A stretch of DNA of 64,000 nucleotides from Octopus sinensis (lineage: Eukaryota): positions 5,208,001 through 5,272,000 of the forward strand of contig NC_043021.1 of assembly GCF_006345805.1 (NCBI RefSeq), read 5' to 3'. The position numbers and the translations under genes were made by a program. Positions 15,079 to 27,742 of the stretch are shown here, one piece after another. The notes beneath the pieces are model-generated. The model had not been told where the DNA came from and searched no databases. It was given only the letters and a program-made list of their open reading frames with translations. How positions within the stretch are numbered: position 1 is the stretch's first letter; every line of letters begins with the position of its first letter.

Positions 15079-15126
15079 CTCCATCAAACCTCCTGACGTG
15101 TCTAGGTCGTACTCCACCGTTGTCAT
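15079..15126 (-). CDS. PHF12: PHD finger protein 12, coding exon 1
   Basis: ATG at 15126; MTTVEYDLDTSGGLME followed by donor GTGAAG. YDLDTSGGLME is the PHF12 N-terminal signature. Phase 0 joins exon 2 across a ~14.5 kb intron. Confidence 0.93.
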
Positions 15127-15693
15127 CGTTATTTTCTTTCCGAGGAAAGGCCAGACTTCAAACGGTTGTTTAGGTGCGTGTTTCCTCTTTTCTGCTTATA
15201 TATATATATTCCCTTTTGGTTGTCCGAATGCCACATTCAGTTGTTCAGATGTCTTGGGTCTGTCGAGTGTAGCATGCTGCCGATGTCACTGCAGGCAGCT
15301 CATCTCAACGGTGTTTCTATGAGACTGACTGAACGAGTGAGCGAGAGTAAGAGAGAGAGAGAGAGACACGGAGAGAAAGGAAATAATGTTTGTGTGAACA
15401 AGAAACCCTAAATACATTTACCACTTTGAATAGCGACTAGGAAATCTTTTATGAATAAATCTTTTCCCTGCTTTTAACCGTGCATTTCCAGCTTCTGTTA
15501 TGCTTCCATAAATATAGATAAATAGACGTATAGGCGCAGGTGTAGCTATGCAAGTAAGAAGCTTGCTTCCCAACAACATTGTTCCAGGTTTAGTACCATT
15601 ACGTGACACCTTAGGCAAGTGTCTTCTACGATAGCCTCCCCACTAAAGCTTTGTCTGTGGATTTGGTAGACGGAAACTAAAAGAAGCCCGTCG

Positions 15694-15725
<32 letters not shown>

Positions 15726-16189
15726 CGTGTGTGTGTGTCTTTGCGTCTTTGTTGTCCCCACTACTGCTTGACAACCGGTGTTGGTGTGTTTACGTTCCCG
15801 TAACTCAGCGTTTCGGCAAAAGAGACGGATAGTATAAGTGCCACGCTTAACAAAATAATAAATGCTGGGGTCGATTCATCGGACTAAAAGTTCCTGAAGG
15901 CGGTGCCCCAGCATGGCAGGAGTCTATGAAACAAGTAAAAGATAAAGATATATTTGTGTGGGTGTATATATGTGTAGGTGTGTGTATGAATGTATGTGTG
16001 TACGTATAAATGTATGGATGTGTGTATATATATAGGAAAAAAAACGTAGAGTATAAACATAAATGTATATATAATACGCATGTATATGTATGTGTAATAT
16101 ACATTATATATATATATACCTATCTATATATGTGTAAGTATATATATGTGTGTGTTTGAGTATGTGAATATATCTGTAGGTATACATGA

Positions 16190-16223
<34 letters not shown>

Positions 16224-16419
16224 ACATTGTAATTGTGATGGGACCCTGCATCATCCCACAGCTCTGTCAAGATCCTCAAATCACAATACGACAGAGCAAA
16301 CTAATGACAGGTTGGATTCCTACTTTGATTTTCCCCCCATTTTACCATTAGTTAATGTAACCTTTAAAGCTCTCTCTCCATAATTTGTGACCCTGCACCA
16401 TTCTTTTTAATCATGTTAT

Positions 16420-16860
16420 TGTTACATTTTAAATAAATTTGACCTCAGTCTATCAGTGTATTTTAAGACACCGATCTATCAACATTTCATATACCATCAC
16501 AGCAGTGGCTGTTTAGGAGAACCTTGGTTAAGTGTTCTTCACCCATCCAAATTACATGACTATTCTATGTCGGACCTAAATAAGACAGTCTTCGATACCA
16601 GAAATATTGCATTTCTTGAAAAATTCACATTACAAACTTAATCCTTCCATTTGTATTCACAGATACTATGCAAACAGCTTTTGTGGAAATTATCCAATTT
16701 GTCTATATTGGACCTATAAGGATTCCAGGTTTTAGGTCTATAAAGTAAGGACTGCTTCTTACTATATACACCAGTTTTCATTTTCAGAATATCCATTCCA
16801 GACAGGTGCTACAATATACCAAAGGATGTAGTTATTTTGGATAATTTCTTGATGATCACC
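16420..16860 (-). mobile_element. Highly decayed RTE (BovB-like) C-terminal remnant
   Basis: Frame-broken TSFGIL...KTGVY...LLY...TWNPY resembling AFGRL..TK..VY..LLYG.ETW. Confidence 0.4.
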
Positions 16861-17639
16861 TTATCCTGGGAAACGCTCTCTTTTACTTGTTTCAGTCATT
16901 TGACTGCGGCCATGCTGGAGCGCCACCTTTAGTCGAGCAAATCGACCCTAGGACTTATTCTTTGTAAGCCCAGTACTTATTCTATCGGTCTCTTTTGCAG
17001 AACCGCTAAGTAACGGGGACGTAAACACACCAGCATTGGATGTCAAGCAATGCTAAGGGGACAAACACACACACATACACATATATATATATACATATAT
17101 ACGACAGGCTTCTTTCAGTTTCCGTCTACCAAATCCACTCACAAGGCATTGGTCGGCCCAGGGCTATAGCAGAAGACACTTGCCCAAGATGCCACGCAGT
17201 GGGACTGAACCCGGAACCATGTGGTTGGTTAGCAAGCTACTTACCACACAGCCACACATGCATTAATTTGACAATGCAAATAAGAAAAATATTTTATAAA
17301 TTTTAGATCGTGGTCATGCATTTGTATGTGATTTCTCTGGAAAAATAACAACAGATTGGGTAAATAATGGTGAAACTAAAGATTATTGAGCCTCGTGAAA
17401 GAATATGGCTACAAGTTCTGCATTATCAGTAAGCATGTTGAAAAAACAAAGTTTTCTCTGCTCAATGCATTCATTGTGAAACCATTCCTCCTTCAATACA
17501 AGAATTAAATCTGATTTTGTTGTCCAAGTCTTTGAGAGTTTAATCGAATATAACTGAGAAATGAATAAGAATACAAGAGCAAAGACAACCATGCTTGGTG
17601 CCATTGCTGACCCCAAAGGATCAGATAATTATCCATCTG

Positions 17640-18260
17640 AAATAACTATAGGTTTCGTACCATATGAAGGGATTTGATCATATTTAGCATGGTGCTTTTT
17701 ATGTGCCACCTGCACAGGAGCCAGTCCAGTGGCATTGGCAACGACCTTGCTCTAATGTTTTTTCACGTGCCACCAGCACAAGCGCCAGTAAGGCGACGTA
17801 GGTAACGATCATGGTTTTTATGTGCCATCGGCACGGAGACCACCTTGTTGCTCTGGCAACGATCACGCTTGGATGGTACTCTTAGCACTCCACTAGCACA
17901 GGTGCCAGTCATCGAATTTGATTTCAATTTTGATTTCACTTGCCTCAACAGGTCTTCACAAGTAGAGTTTAATGTCCAAGTGTAGGAAAGGTACACATAT
18001 TTGGGCTGGTTACACCCCTGGCATAAGCACAAGGTTATGGTCACACTTGAGCTTGCCGAGTCTTCTCAAGCACAGCATATTTCCAAAGGTCCCGGTCACT
18101 AGTCATTGCTTCGGTGAGGCCCAATGTTTGAAGGTCATGCTTCACCACCTTATCCCAGGTCTTCTTGGGTCTACCTCTCCCACAGGTTTCCTCAACTGCT
18201 AGAGTGTGGCACTTTTTCACATAGGCATCCACATCCATTCTTGCAACATGGCCATACCAG
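17640..18260 (-). mobile_element. RTE LINE 3' fragment (ORF2 C-terminus plus 3' UTR), related subfamily
   Basis: KKCHTLAVEETCGRGRPKKTWDKVVKHDL...EKTRQ, nearly identical to the C-terminus of the 41454 ORF. Confidence 0.9.
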
Positions 18261-19266
18261 CGCAGTTGTCTCTCTTACACACCACATACTTGCATGCACA
18301 CACACACACGTGTCTATATACATGTATATATATATATATATGTGTGTGTGTGTATATATATAAAATATTAGAAAAAAACCACCTTTTATCAATTCAAAAT
18401 TAATAATTAAAATACACCACCTAAAAAATTACATATAATAGAAAAGTTAAAATTAAAATAACAATTAAAAAGTAAAGATTAAGTAAATTACAAGAATAAT
18501 GTAATGTATATAATAGGTAGTATTTCTAAATTGAATTCTTTTTCCTTGTAAGTTTGGATTTTATTCCCTCAAATAATAATTATATATATATGTGTGTGTG
18601 TATATACATATATGAGGTGCAGGTATGGTTGTGTAGTTAGGAAGTTTGTTTCCCAACCATGTTGTCTTGAGTTCAATCCTCACTGCATGGTACCTTGGGA
18701 CAGTGTCTTCAACTAAAGCCCCCAAGTTAACTAAAGCCTTGTGAGTGGATTTGGTAGATGGAAACCGAAAGCTGCCCATCCTGTATACTTATATCTGAAT
18801 GTGTGTGTTTATTTGTATGTAAATAGGCACTTGACATCAAGTGATGACTACAAAACAAGTACAACTGTCATACAAGCAATGTTGTTCTTTTCCAGTTTTC
18901 CATGAAGAACATGTCTGGCAAATGAGAAATATCATTTTGATTGGAAACTAGTGAAGATTGGCAATGGAAAGGGTATCCAACCATAGAAATTCTGCTGCAA
19001 CAAATTCTGTCTGACTCATGCAAGCATAGCAAAGTGCAAATTAAACAATATTGATGGAGATACTGATGATGTACTATATACTAAGTAAATGAAGTCCCTA
19101 GTTAGTGACCAGAGGGGGGGGGGGCTGTCCTTTCAATCAGTCGTGGGTGCTACTGGATAATGGTTTATGGTGACGATATGTGGAATGACATCACCAGGTT
19201 TATAAAGAGATTTTATGTCAGACAATTCCATAACTTTATGACTTCTAATGGTGTGTGTGCATTTAA

Positions 19267-19486
19267 CCCTTTCGTTACCAACCCAGCTCAAACCGGCTCT
19301 GGCTCTGAGTACAAATGTCTTGTTTTCAAAAGTTTTGAACTAAAATCTTCCACCAAACCTTAGTCACAATTTATGGTCCTAACACAAGCTGAATGATAAC
19401 TAAGTTATTTGACTAAATTCTTTGTTATGTTTAAAGTAATTGAAAGAAACACAGAGCTTCTCAGAATAAATACAGTAATGAAAGGG
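19267..19486 (+). mobile_element. piggyBac-type MITE; other copies at 33989-34209 (inverted), partial at 1-140 and 19770-19880
   Basis: TTAA|CCCTTTCGTTAC...GTAATGAAAGGG|TTAA: TTAA TSD and CCC termini. Confidence 0.85.
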
Positions 19487-21059
19487 TTAATATAATGCAC
19501 AAATAAGGTGGTGAGCTGATAGAATTGTTAGCATCCCAGGTAAAATGCTGCTAACTTACCCCTCCCCCAAAATTGCCGACCTTGTGCTAAAATTTGAAAC
19601 CAATGTAATGCACAGATTGTGCTTAGATATTAAATAGATTAACAAAAAATACAGCCAGCAGAAGCCTCAGTTGCCTCGAATATAAATGCTTGAGTTTGAA
19701 AATCTTCACTTCTAAAATAGCACGAAAACTTTCACCAACATCTGAAGGACTGCAGTGGTGTGAACTGAATCATTGTGGCTAAGGTTTGGTGGAAGATTTT
19801 AATTCAAAACTTGTGAAAACAAGACATTTGTACTCAGAGCCAGAGCTGGTTTCAGCCAGGTTGGTAATGAAAGGGTTAAAGGTTTTGTTGTCTGTGCACC
19901 CTATGTGTGCCTCTGGTTTCTTTTGTAGTAAGAATTAGCTGGTTACTTATTTGTATGGTGAGAGGTGAGGATATTGTGTTCATGGTATCTGCTTGAAGAA
20001 GTACACTGAAGATGAAGTGATTCTTTTAACCCTTTAGTGTTCACATTATTCTGCCAAAATTAATGCTTCTTTATCCACATTGTTTTGAACTAATCCTGCA
20101 TTATCTTGTAGTTATGAGATTTTGATGAGGTAGCTGTTAATTTTTAAAACGATATTGTAGGGTTGGTGTGAGAGACCAGATCTGGCCAGTTTGAACATAA
20201 AACAGGCAGAATACTTTTGGCCGGATATGGCCGGTTTAAATACAAGTTGAGCAGTGATGAAGAACCCTCTGCTCATTTATCCTTTCTGGAACCTTCTCTA
20301 ACCTCTGTGCTAATTCTGGTGCACTTGTACTTTTATGCAGTAACATCTGGAACATGATAGAACATTCTATAATATTGGAAGGTATTTCTGCAAGCTGACC
20401 GCTTGACATTTAGTGTACATCACCTGATCTAAGATACTAAAGATGTAAGATTTCCAGGAATCATTGAAAACACTTAGCCAAGGTGACGTGAAGTAAGACT
20501 GAAGCTGAAACCATGTGACTGGAAAGAAACTCCTTAATCACACAGCCATGCCTGCATCTAAAATTAAATTTAGCAGGAATTCAACTCAGAATATAATTAC
20601 CTGCAACAATTACTGCAGGTGCTTTGTCTGATGCTCCAAAATTTTGCCAATCCACCATTCTGGGGCAATAGAAAAGTTATATACTGAGATATTCTCCATC
20701 CCAATTTTCAGAAAGGAAAATAAATCACAGTAAAACAGCGTCCAATCTTGCTTACCTCTCATGTTGTTAATTTTTTTACAAAGGGTGATGACAAGATGAC
20801 TGATTATATATCTTGAGGTATATGCAACAAGCTTCTTATTTGCTTTCTGACGTTCTTTTTACTCTTTTTACTTGTTTCAGTCATGTGACTGTGGCCATGC
20901 TGGAGCACCGCCTTTAGTCGATCAAATCGACCCCAGGACTTATTCTTTGTAAGCCTAGTACTTATTCTATCGGTCTCTTTTTTTGCCGAACCGCTAAGTT
21001 ACGGGGACATAAACACACCAGCATTGGTTGTCAAGCGATGTTGGGGGGACATTGTGTAT

Positions 21060-21530
21060 TACAGTTTAACAAGTGAGCTCCTCTCACAAAATCCAAAATC
21101 CTTTCAGCTTCTCCATTCCACAAACCATGTGTATAACCATTATAGGCTTCATCAAAGCTGTCAGCTCCCCTTCCTATCCTGCATGTCCATTCAAATCCCC
21201 CCCCCCCTGTTATGATGACTTCTCTGTCGTTCATGTTTTCTACCAGTTTCTTTTTCACACACATCAAAACTTACCATTCTCTTCATAATCTTGGAGCATA
21301 ATCTGAGATGACACTCGGTCAAACCTTTCCTGTCACCAGTTTCACCATCATCAGCCTTTCACCAACTCTTGTCACACTCACCACACTCTCAATAAATCCT
21401 ATAGAAATAAGGACACCGACACCATATATGTCTTCCAGGCAAGGATATGAGACATTTTGGCACAGCCATCTAGGCACCACTTATTTGACCTTGCGGATTC
21501 GATGCTGATTTATTTGACCATCAGATATTA
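21060..21530 (-). mobile_element. Degenerate RTE apurinic endonuclease fragment
   Basis: GVGVLI...VTRVGERLMMVKL...YAP...GEAERILDF, broken by stops and frameshifts. Confidence 0.7.
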
Positions 21531-22162
21531 TGTTCCTCACATTCTTTCAATCTATGTTTGTGAGCATATTTTCCTTCATGCATATGAGGTGAGGGAAAGT
21601 GTTTGTGTCAATCATGTTAAATTGTAATCTCTCTCTTCTCTCACTCTATCATCATCATCATCATCGTTTAATGTCTGTTTTCTGTGCTAGCACGGGTTGG
21701 ATGGTTCGGCCGGGGTCTGGGAAGCCAGGAGGCTGCACCAGGCTCCAGTCTGATCTGGCAATGTTTCTACGGCTGGATGCCCTTCCTAACGCCAACCACT
21801 CCGTGAGTGTAGTGGGTGCTTTTTACGTGCCACCGACACAGGTGCCAGGGGAGGCTGGCAGCGGCCACGATCTTTCTGTAGAATCTCTACAGGATATTCC
21901 TACTCCAATTTCCTTCAACCATTTCTCTATATCTTTGCTTACAGTTCCCAATGCACCAATTATTATAGACACAATCTTTGCAATTTTCATATTTCAAATT
22001 CTAAGAGATTGTATTTTTCTTTTATGGAGATGTATTTGCATAGCAAGTGACTTGATCTGAGATCGTGTGCTGGAACAAAAACAATTGCGGCGTGGAAGGT
22101 GTTTATAAGCCATTTAAGAAACACACAAAAACCGTTAGATTCACTTCAACATTTAAGTTTAA

Positions 22163-22213
22163 TTTGTCAAAATATTTTCGTTGCTTTGAGACCACGACCT
22201 GTTCACTGACAAA
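22163..22213 (-). ncRNA. Type I hammerhead ribozyme with G3:C8 swapped core
   Basis: TTTGTCA GTGAACA G GTCGT-GGTCTCAAA-GCAAC GAAA ATATT T | TGACAAA. 7-bp stem I, palindromic AATATT stem III. Confidence 0.7.
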
Positions 22214-24974
22214 ACTTCATGCAGCATCTTTACAATCCTGGAATTAAACAGACATGATAGATCAACTAGTAAGCAACATCACTTGTCCTTGTCTACTATT
22301 TTCTAGCTTCTTGTCCATTTGAATAGGATAGCCCCACAAAATCTTACATTTCTCCAACTAGAGCACTCATTTGATCTGATGTTCATACCACGTGTATCCA
22401 GCTTCAAATCTTCATTTCTTGCAAAGCTTCCAGTGTAAAACTTTTACAACTTGGTCATGTGTCCATTTCTTATATGCTTCCTCTGCCAACTTGGGACATT
22501 CTGCAACAATCAGTGCTACTGTCTCATTCCAAGCTCCACAGACTCTACATTTTTCTGACACATTCTTCCCATATACATTTTCCCTCAAGTTTTTTTGGGT
22601 TTTTTTTTGTTATTTTATTGCTTGATCTTGGGTGGCTACAGTTAGGCTCCGTTTCTTTTTTTAATTGCCCATTTTTTAAACAAAGCCCAGGATTTTGTTC
22701 CACATACATCTTCAGTAGCTTTCCAAAACTGAAGGCATTATTATTATTATTATTATTATGAAGATGGTGAGCTGGCAGAATCATTAACTGAGGTTGATGG
22801 TATCAGCTAGCCCCTTACCTTCAAAATTGCTGGCCTTGTGCCAAAATCAGAAACTATTATTATCATTTAGGTGAAGGTAACAAACTAGCAGAATCATTAG
22901 CATGCTGGGCAAAATGCTTAGTGATGTTCCATCCGTCTCTACGTTCTGAGTTCAAATTCTGCTGTGGTTAACTTTGCCTTTCATCTTTTCTGGGTTAATA
23001 TAATCGACTATAATCCCTATTATCTCTACAACACTTTTTTTAAAAACATATATATATATAAAAGTTTGTGTCCTCCAGCAACTGCTGTACACACGCACAA
23101 CGAGATCCTTTTTTCTGCGGGCTTTCGTAAAAGCTTTCACGATTTCATGGAGAAAGAAAAAGGCAAGAAATTAGGAAGCATTTTTTTTTTCCCTCTTAAC
23201 ATTCTTGAGTTTCATACAACGGAAATTACAATTCTGAAAGAATTTCTTTTATTTTTTACAAAAATTTCAATTGAAAAAATAATTTTGACTCCAATTCCTG
23301 GCCACTTTCTCTTCAAGACATATAAAAGCTATTACGAAAGTCCGCCTGCTTTTCTTCTTTTAATTTTTATTGGTTCCCAGAGTAATAGTTGACGGGCAAC
23401 TTCGTATTTTCTTTGCCAACAAAGTCTCACAAACTTATGTCAGTTTTTTTTAATAGTTACCATTAATAACGTTGTTTTTGCTTAAACAAATATCTCATTT
23501 TAGTGAATGTTGTTTACTTTCTCCTTCCAGTTTTTTTCCTCTTTCTCAATTCTTTATATAATATATACCACAAAAATAGTATGTGAAAATAAGTTTGTTT
23601 TGAGAAAAAAAATCATTCTCTTTATTTACTTTCCTCATATCAAAATAATTTATTTCATTTCAAAATCTTTTTGTACCTACTACTTGCAGACAGACCGTCA
23701 CTAGCTTGCTCGCATTTTACTGTTTCTAATTGTAATGTGGTAAATAATTCACAAAACTAGCTTAACAACAAATATTACACCACCAATAAATTACAATACT
23801 TAACTGAAGGCTCAATATAACCTATTCCAAAGCTTCTTTCATTATAGCAAGGTTGAGGAACACTTCGTCTCAAATTTCAATCTTCCCAGCTGACCCCCAC
23901 TGACCGTCCTTCCACATATCTTGCTCTACAGAGAGGTGATGTTCTAGTATCATAAACTTTACAGCGGTAGTTACCATGAGACTCTCATATTAACTTTTTG
24001 GTGTAAAATGCACTCGTTTGAACCAAAAAGCCAATATGAGAGTTTCACCCATGGAAACTCAAACGTGGATGTTCTAGTTGAATAAACTTTATTCTAGAAC
24101 ATCCAGATATTACCCCACGATATTAATACCGCTTCTATCTTGCTCTTTACACTTGGCTGAAGAGGGCTTCATTAAACTAAGCTTCATTTTTATTCTATAG
24201 CATCTTCACAAATATATACCATTTAATAAAAGAATGTCTATATTGTATCTTCTGTATGGAAATTACCGATCTATCTAACAGTCTTCTTTAACGCCATTTC
24301 ATTCACTAGACACTCCCTGTTATATCAGAATTTTAAGATATCAAATAATGGCGACAAGGACGGCAAAACGGCTGGAGTGAATGGTTATGCATCAGAGACA
24401 TTAGTCAAAGTGTGCAGGAGAGATGAGGCGTATCACATGAATTTTCTTGGTACAGGATCCAAGTGGAAGAAGACGTGGGTTTCACCGACGAAGAAAAAAA
24501 CCTTAGGTTAACTGTATGCTATACTGTAGACTCGTTCAACTTATGGCTTGTGATTGGCATAAGAAACTACATCGCATATACGGAACACCACAGCAAATTA
24601 TATATATATATATGTATTTATTTGAAATAATTATATCGGTGAGGTATGAAAAACAGTTGCGTTGAACAAAAAATACCTGAATGAAACTGATTAGCCGCAG
24701 TTACGTCCCTTTAGATCTAGCTCGACAAAAAGTCCCTTACGACGTTCATAAATAGCTAATCCCTGAAGAATCCGATAATTGAAACCAGTAAATGAATATA
24801 GCCATGAAAGGTAGAACTGATTGCCTTCAAAAAAAAAAAAAAAAGAAAAGAAAAAAGTGAAGTGGTCAATACTATAAATTTTTTTTAAAAAAGGCTAATT
24901 AATATTGCCGCCAGCCCTGACACACAACACAATTACTATACATATATATATATTTTTTTTTATTTTATAGAAGG

Positions 24975-25025
24975 AGCTTCTACAGGACTAGAACTGTTTC
25001 ATCCAGATGAAATCTTCAGGAAGCT
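24975..25025 (-). ncRNA. Type I hammerhead ribozyme, canonical core
   Basis: AGCTTC CTGAAGA TTTCATCTGGAT GAAACAG-TTCTAGTC-CTGT A | GAAGCT. 6-bp stem I, 4-bp stem III, GUA cleavage triplet. Confidence 0.8.
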
Positions 25026-25131
25026 GGCTATATATATATAAATTTAATCCAAACATGAAAACACAACAACGCGAGGACGTGGGACAAGTATAGTGTTATT
25101 GGACGCTCAGGAAAGGATAGAAAGAAGGAGG

Positions 25132-25166
25132 GTTTAACGTTTCGAGCGGAGCTCTTCGTCAGAAAC
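25132..25166 (-). ncRNA. Minimal type I hammerhead ribozyme (Penelope-type)
   Basis: GTTT CTGACGA A GAGC-TCC-GCTC GAAAC GT T | AAAC. Palindromic AACGTT stem III, typical of dimer-acting minimal hammerheads. Confidence 0.75.
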
Positions 25167-26550
25167 AGAAAAGGGAAAGATCCAAGGAAGGGAAGACGGA
25201 GGAAAAAAAAATCGCCAAAACACATCTGAAATTGATTTCTATTTATCCTGCTTCTATCAAATTTCTGCGTGTGATATAGTGTTCTTTCACTGATATTAGT
25301 TTCGTATACCTGTACAATCATTAACCCGGGTTAAATGATTGGGTTATTCGACCTGAGTTTGTTCATCTGTCAGTAAAAAAAGACGATCTTTCGTTCGAAA
25401 CATAGTCAAAAAAAATATATATATATATTACAAGTGAATACTTATGAAAATAAAAAGAATAACAATATTTAAATTAATAAATATATCAGTTTATACAAAA
25501 TATTACCTTTTTTCTGCAGTATTTTTTTTTTTTACAAAATAAAAATATTTCACAAATTAAAAAAAAACGATATTGTGAAAAAAAATGTTTCTTTGAAGTA
25601 CAGCAAATTTAAACCAATACCGAAGATAAATTTAACCCCAGGTCAGCCCTGGCTCAGTAGACCCATGATCAAAAGCAGGGCGAGTTGTGACTCATTTTTT
25701 ACTTTCTGACAGCGTATCTGACGGTTTATCATTCATCCCATCTGGTGTTAAAATTTACTTGGTGGGACCACCACCTGATTAGAGAAGGTTAAATTTTTTA
25801 AGAAAATTTTCTCGATAAATTTATGGAATCGTCAGTGGAAAGTGGAGCCATATCGTGTCACTGGTGGGCAACTTTCCAAGAGACTTGGTGGAACTTTGTG
25901 TCGTGTGACGAAAATGTTGACAGCAAATAATGTTTACCAGTTATGTGTTTGTAAATATTTACTTTGTGTCTTTTATACTGTAACGGTTGGGAGGAAAAAA
26001 CGGAGTTAATTTAAACAGATTCTAATGCGATTTTATATTCAAACGAAGCTGGGCTGACTGAAACACGGAATTTATTTTCAGTACAAAAACGTGATGGAAC
26101 TGGATGGAGCGAGTCTTCTGGCATTTCAGGAGTCTTTCACATTCGTAAATCGGCCGGAACGTATTAAGAATATGCAAGTTACTGAGTGTGAAATATTTTG
26201 TTTGCGTCTTTAGTGCCGAGTCAGGCCAAATAAAAGAGATCCCACCCGTAATTTTCCTTCGGATATAAAACATTTCTTTGTTACTGTTTTTTCCTGATCG
26301 AGGAGAGACCTATCATCAAAAGTGTTTTACTAGTGATCACCCTGTCCTCTATATTTGGGACTACTTTCATCCTTTTTTTTTTTTTGAGAGGGTAGGATGA
26401 AATTCGAAGAAATTCGGCTGCTATTTCTAACAGGTAGTGCGAAACTGCGAATGATTTTAAAGAACCATCACGATTATCCCCGATCATTATCATTTCAATA
26501 ATAATAATTATTATTATTAAATCAAATCAGTAGGTACAGCAAAAGATATG

Positions 26551-26973
26551 TCAGGATTCTGAGTAGTTTACAGTCACACATAAAGAGCATGTGTCACAGC
26601 AAACGATGTCAAGATGAAGGGTGACATCGTTCGGCTCTAGAACATAACGTCCTCCACATCGACACGGGTAAGAGAAGAATTCTGGTTCCATACTATCTGG
26701 AACAAATTCAGCAAAGTCTATATCGTCTTGCACGGGCCAATCCTGGGTCAGACTCCTTTCTCGCCATCGTAAATCGAAGTGACTTCTTAGAGTGGGGTCG
26801 CTGAGAATTTTCCAGGCTTGGTTGATTTTTATAAACATCTCGTGATTTTCAGGAGTATTCGATATCGTATTCTTGTCTGGATGATATTTCAAAGCAAGAT
26901 TTTGATACGCTTTCTTTAACCGCTCGTGTGACGCTGAGGGATCGCATCCAAGAATGTCGTACAAGTTTTCCAT
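26551..26973 (-). CDS. DNAJC24: DnaJ homolog subfamily C member 24 / diphthamide biosynthesis protein 4, single coding exon, 140 aa
   Basis: MENLYDILGC...YHPDK J-domain followed by a CSL zinc finger (YPCRCGG...CCDTCSL). ATG at 26973, TGA at 26553-26551. The ORF-track start at 27006 is a TTG. Confidence 0.95.
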   Translation of the reverse strand: MENLYDILGCDPSASHERLKKAYQNLALKYHPDKNTISNTPENHEMFIKINQAWKILSDPTLRSHFDLRWRERSLTQDWPVQDDIDFAEFVPDSMEPEFFSYPCRCGGRYVLEPNDVTLHLDIVCCDTCSLCVTVNYSES

Positions 26974-27100
26974 AGCATACGAAATATCGAAAATATTACG
27001 GTCCAATATCTTTCAAAGCCAACTTATGAAGCGACACCGGTTTGTGTAAGGGACATAACTAAGTAAAACCCAAGGAGATTTGATGTTCGTCTTCATTATT

Positions 27101-27140
<40 letters not shown>

Positions 27141-27676
27141 TCAGTGTGAATACTTGATAAATGTAAGCACCTGTATAGGTGATAGGATATATGTATCAAA
27201 AGAAAAACAGGACGCCGCAAAGGATATATGTATCTATCTGTTGTATCAACTATGCATTGATACAAGAATTAGTTGTTCAATAAAGCCAGAAACATATGTA
27301 CCGCAAAATCCTTTGCGTCCTGTTTTTCTTTTGATTATATATATATATATAATATGCCTTATCTGGCATCCAGAATACTATGTTATATCATTCAATATAT
27401 TAGGCAATCTCTAAGTATAAGTAGATGACGTCATTCACCTACACAACCTTCCATCATGACAAAGAAATAAACAAGGAAAATCGGAGTGGGGTTAAAAATT
27501 GCTCATAGAATATAGAGGCAAACTAGTTAATCCACTAATAGTGTCAATGAAATCACTTAGTATTGCCAACTTGAGCAATAGTTAATTAAAAACATTTCCT
27601 AGGGAAATATTTGAATACTTTTCTGTGGTAATGCAAGTATTTCAAGGCTAATTCTTGTTTATTATTTTATAATTGG

Positions 27677-27713
<37 letters not shown>

Positions 27714-27742
27714 CAAAATAAGCAATAAGGATATCCAGAGGT

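Noticed and set aside
24470-24580. Hammerhead candidates around CCGACGAAG and GAAACCCACGTC
   Set aside because: No matching stem I partner on either strand.
24755-24800. Hammerhead candidate CTGAAGAATCCGATAATTGAAACCAGTA
   Set aside because: Core words are present, but stems I and II do not pair.
25316-25343. Near-perfect palindrome CAATCATTAACCCGGGTTAAATGATTG
   Set aside because: Short, isolated and within a repeat-fragment cluster; no supporting context.
26022-26493. Two small minus-strand ORFs downstream of DPH4
   Set aside because: No recognisable domains; they fall in the probable 3' UTR (AATAAA on the minus strand near 26070).
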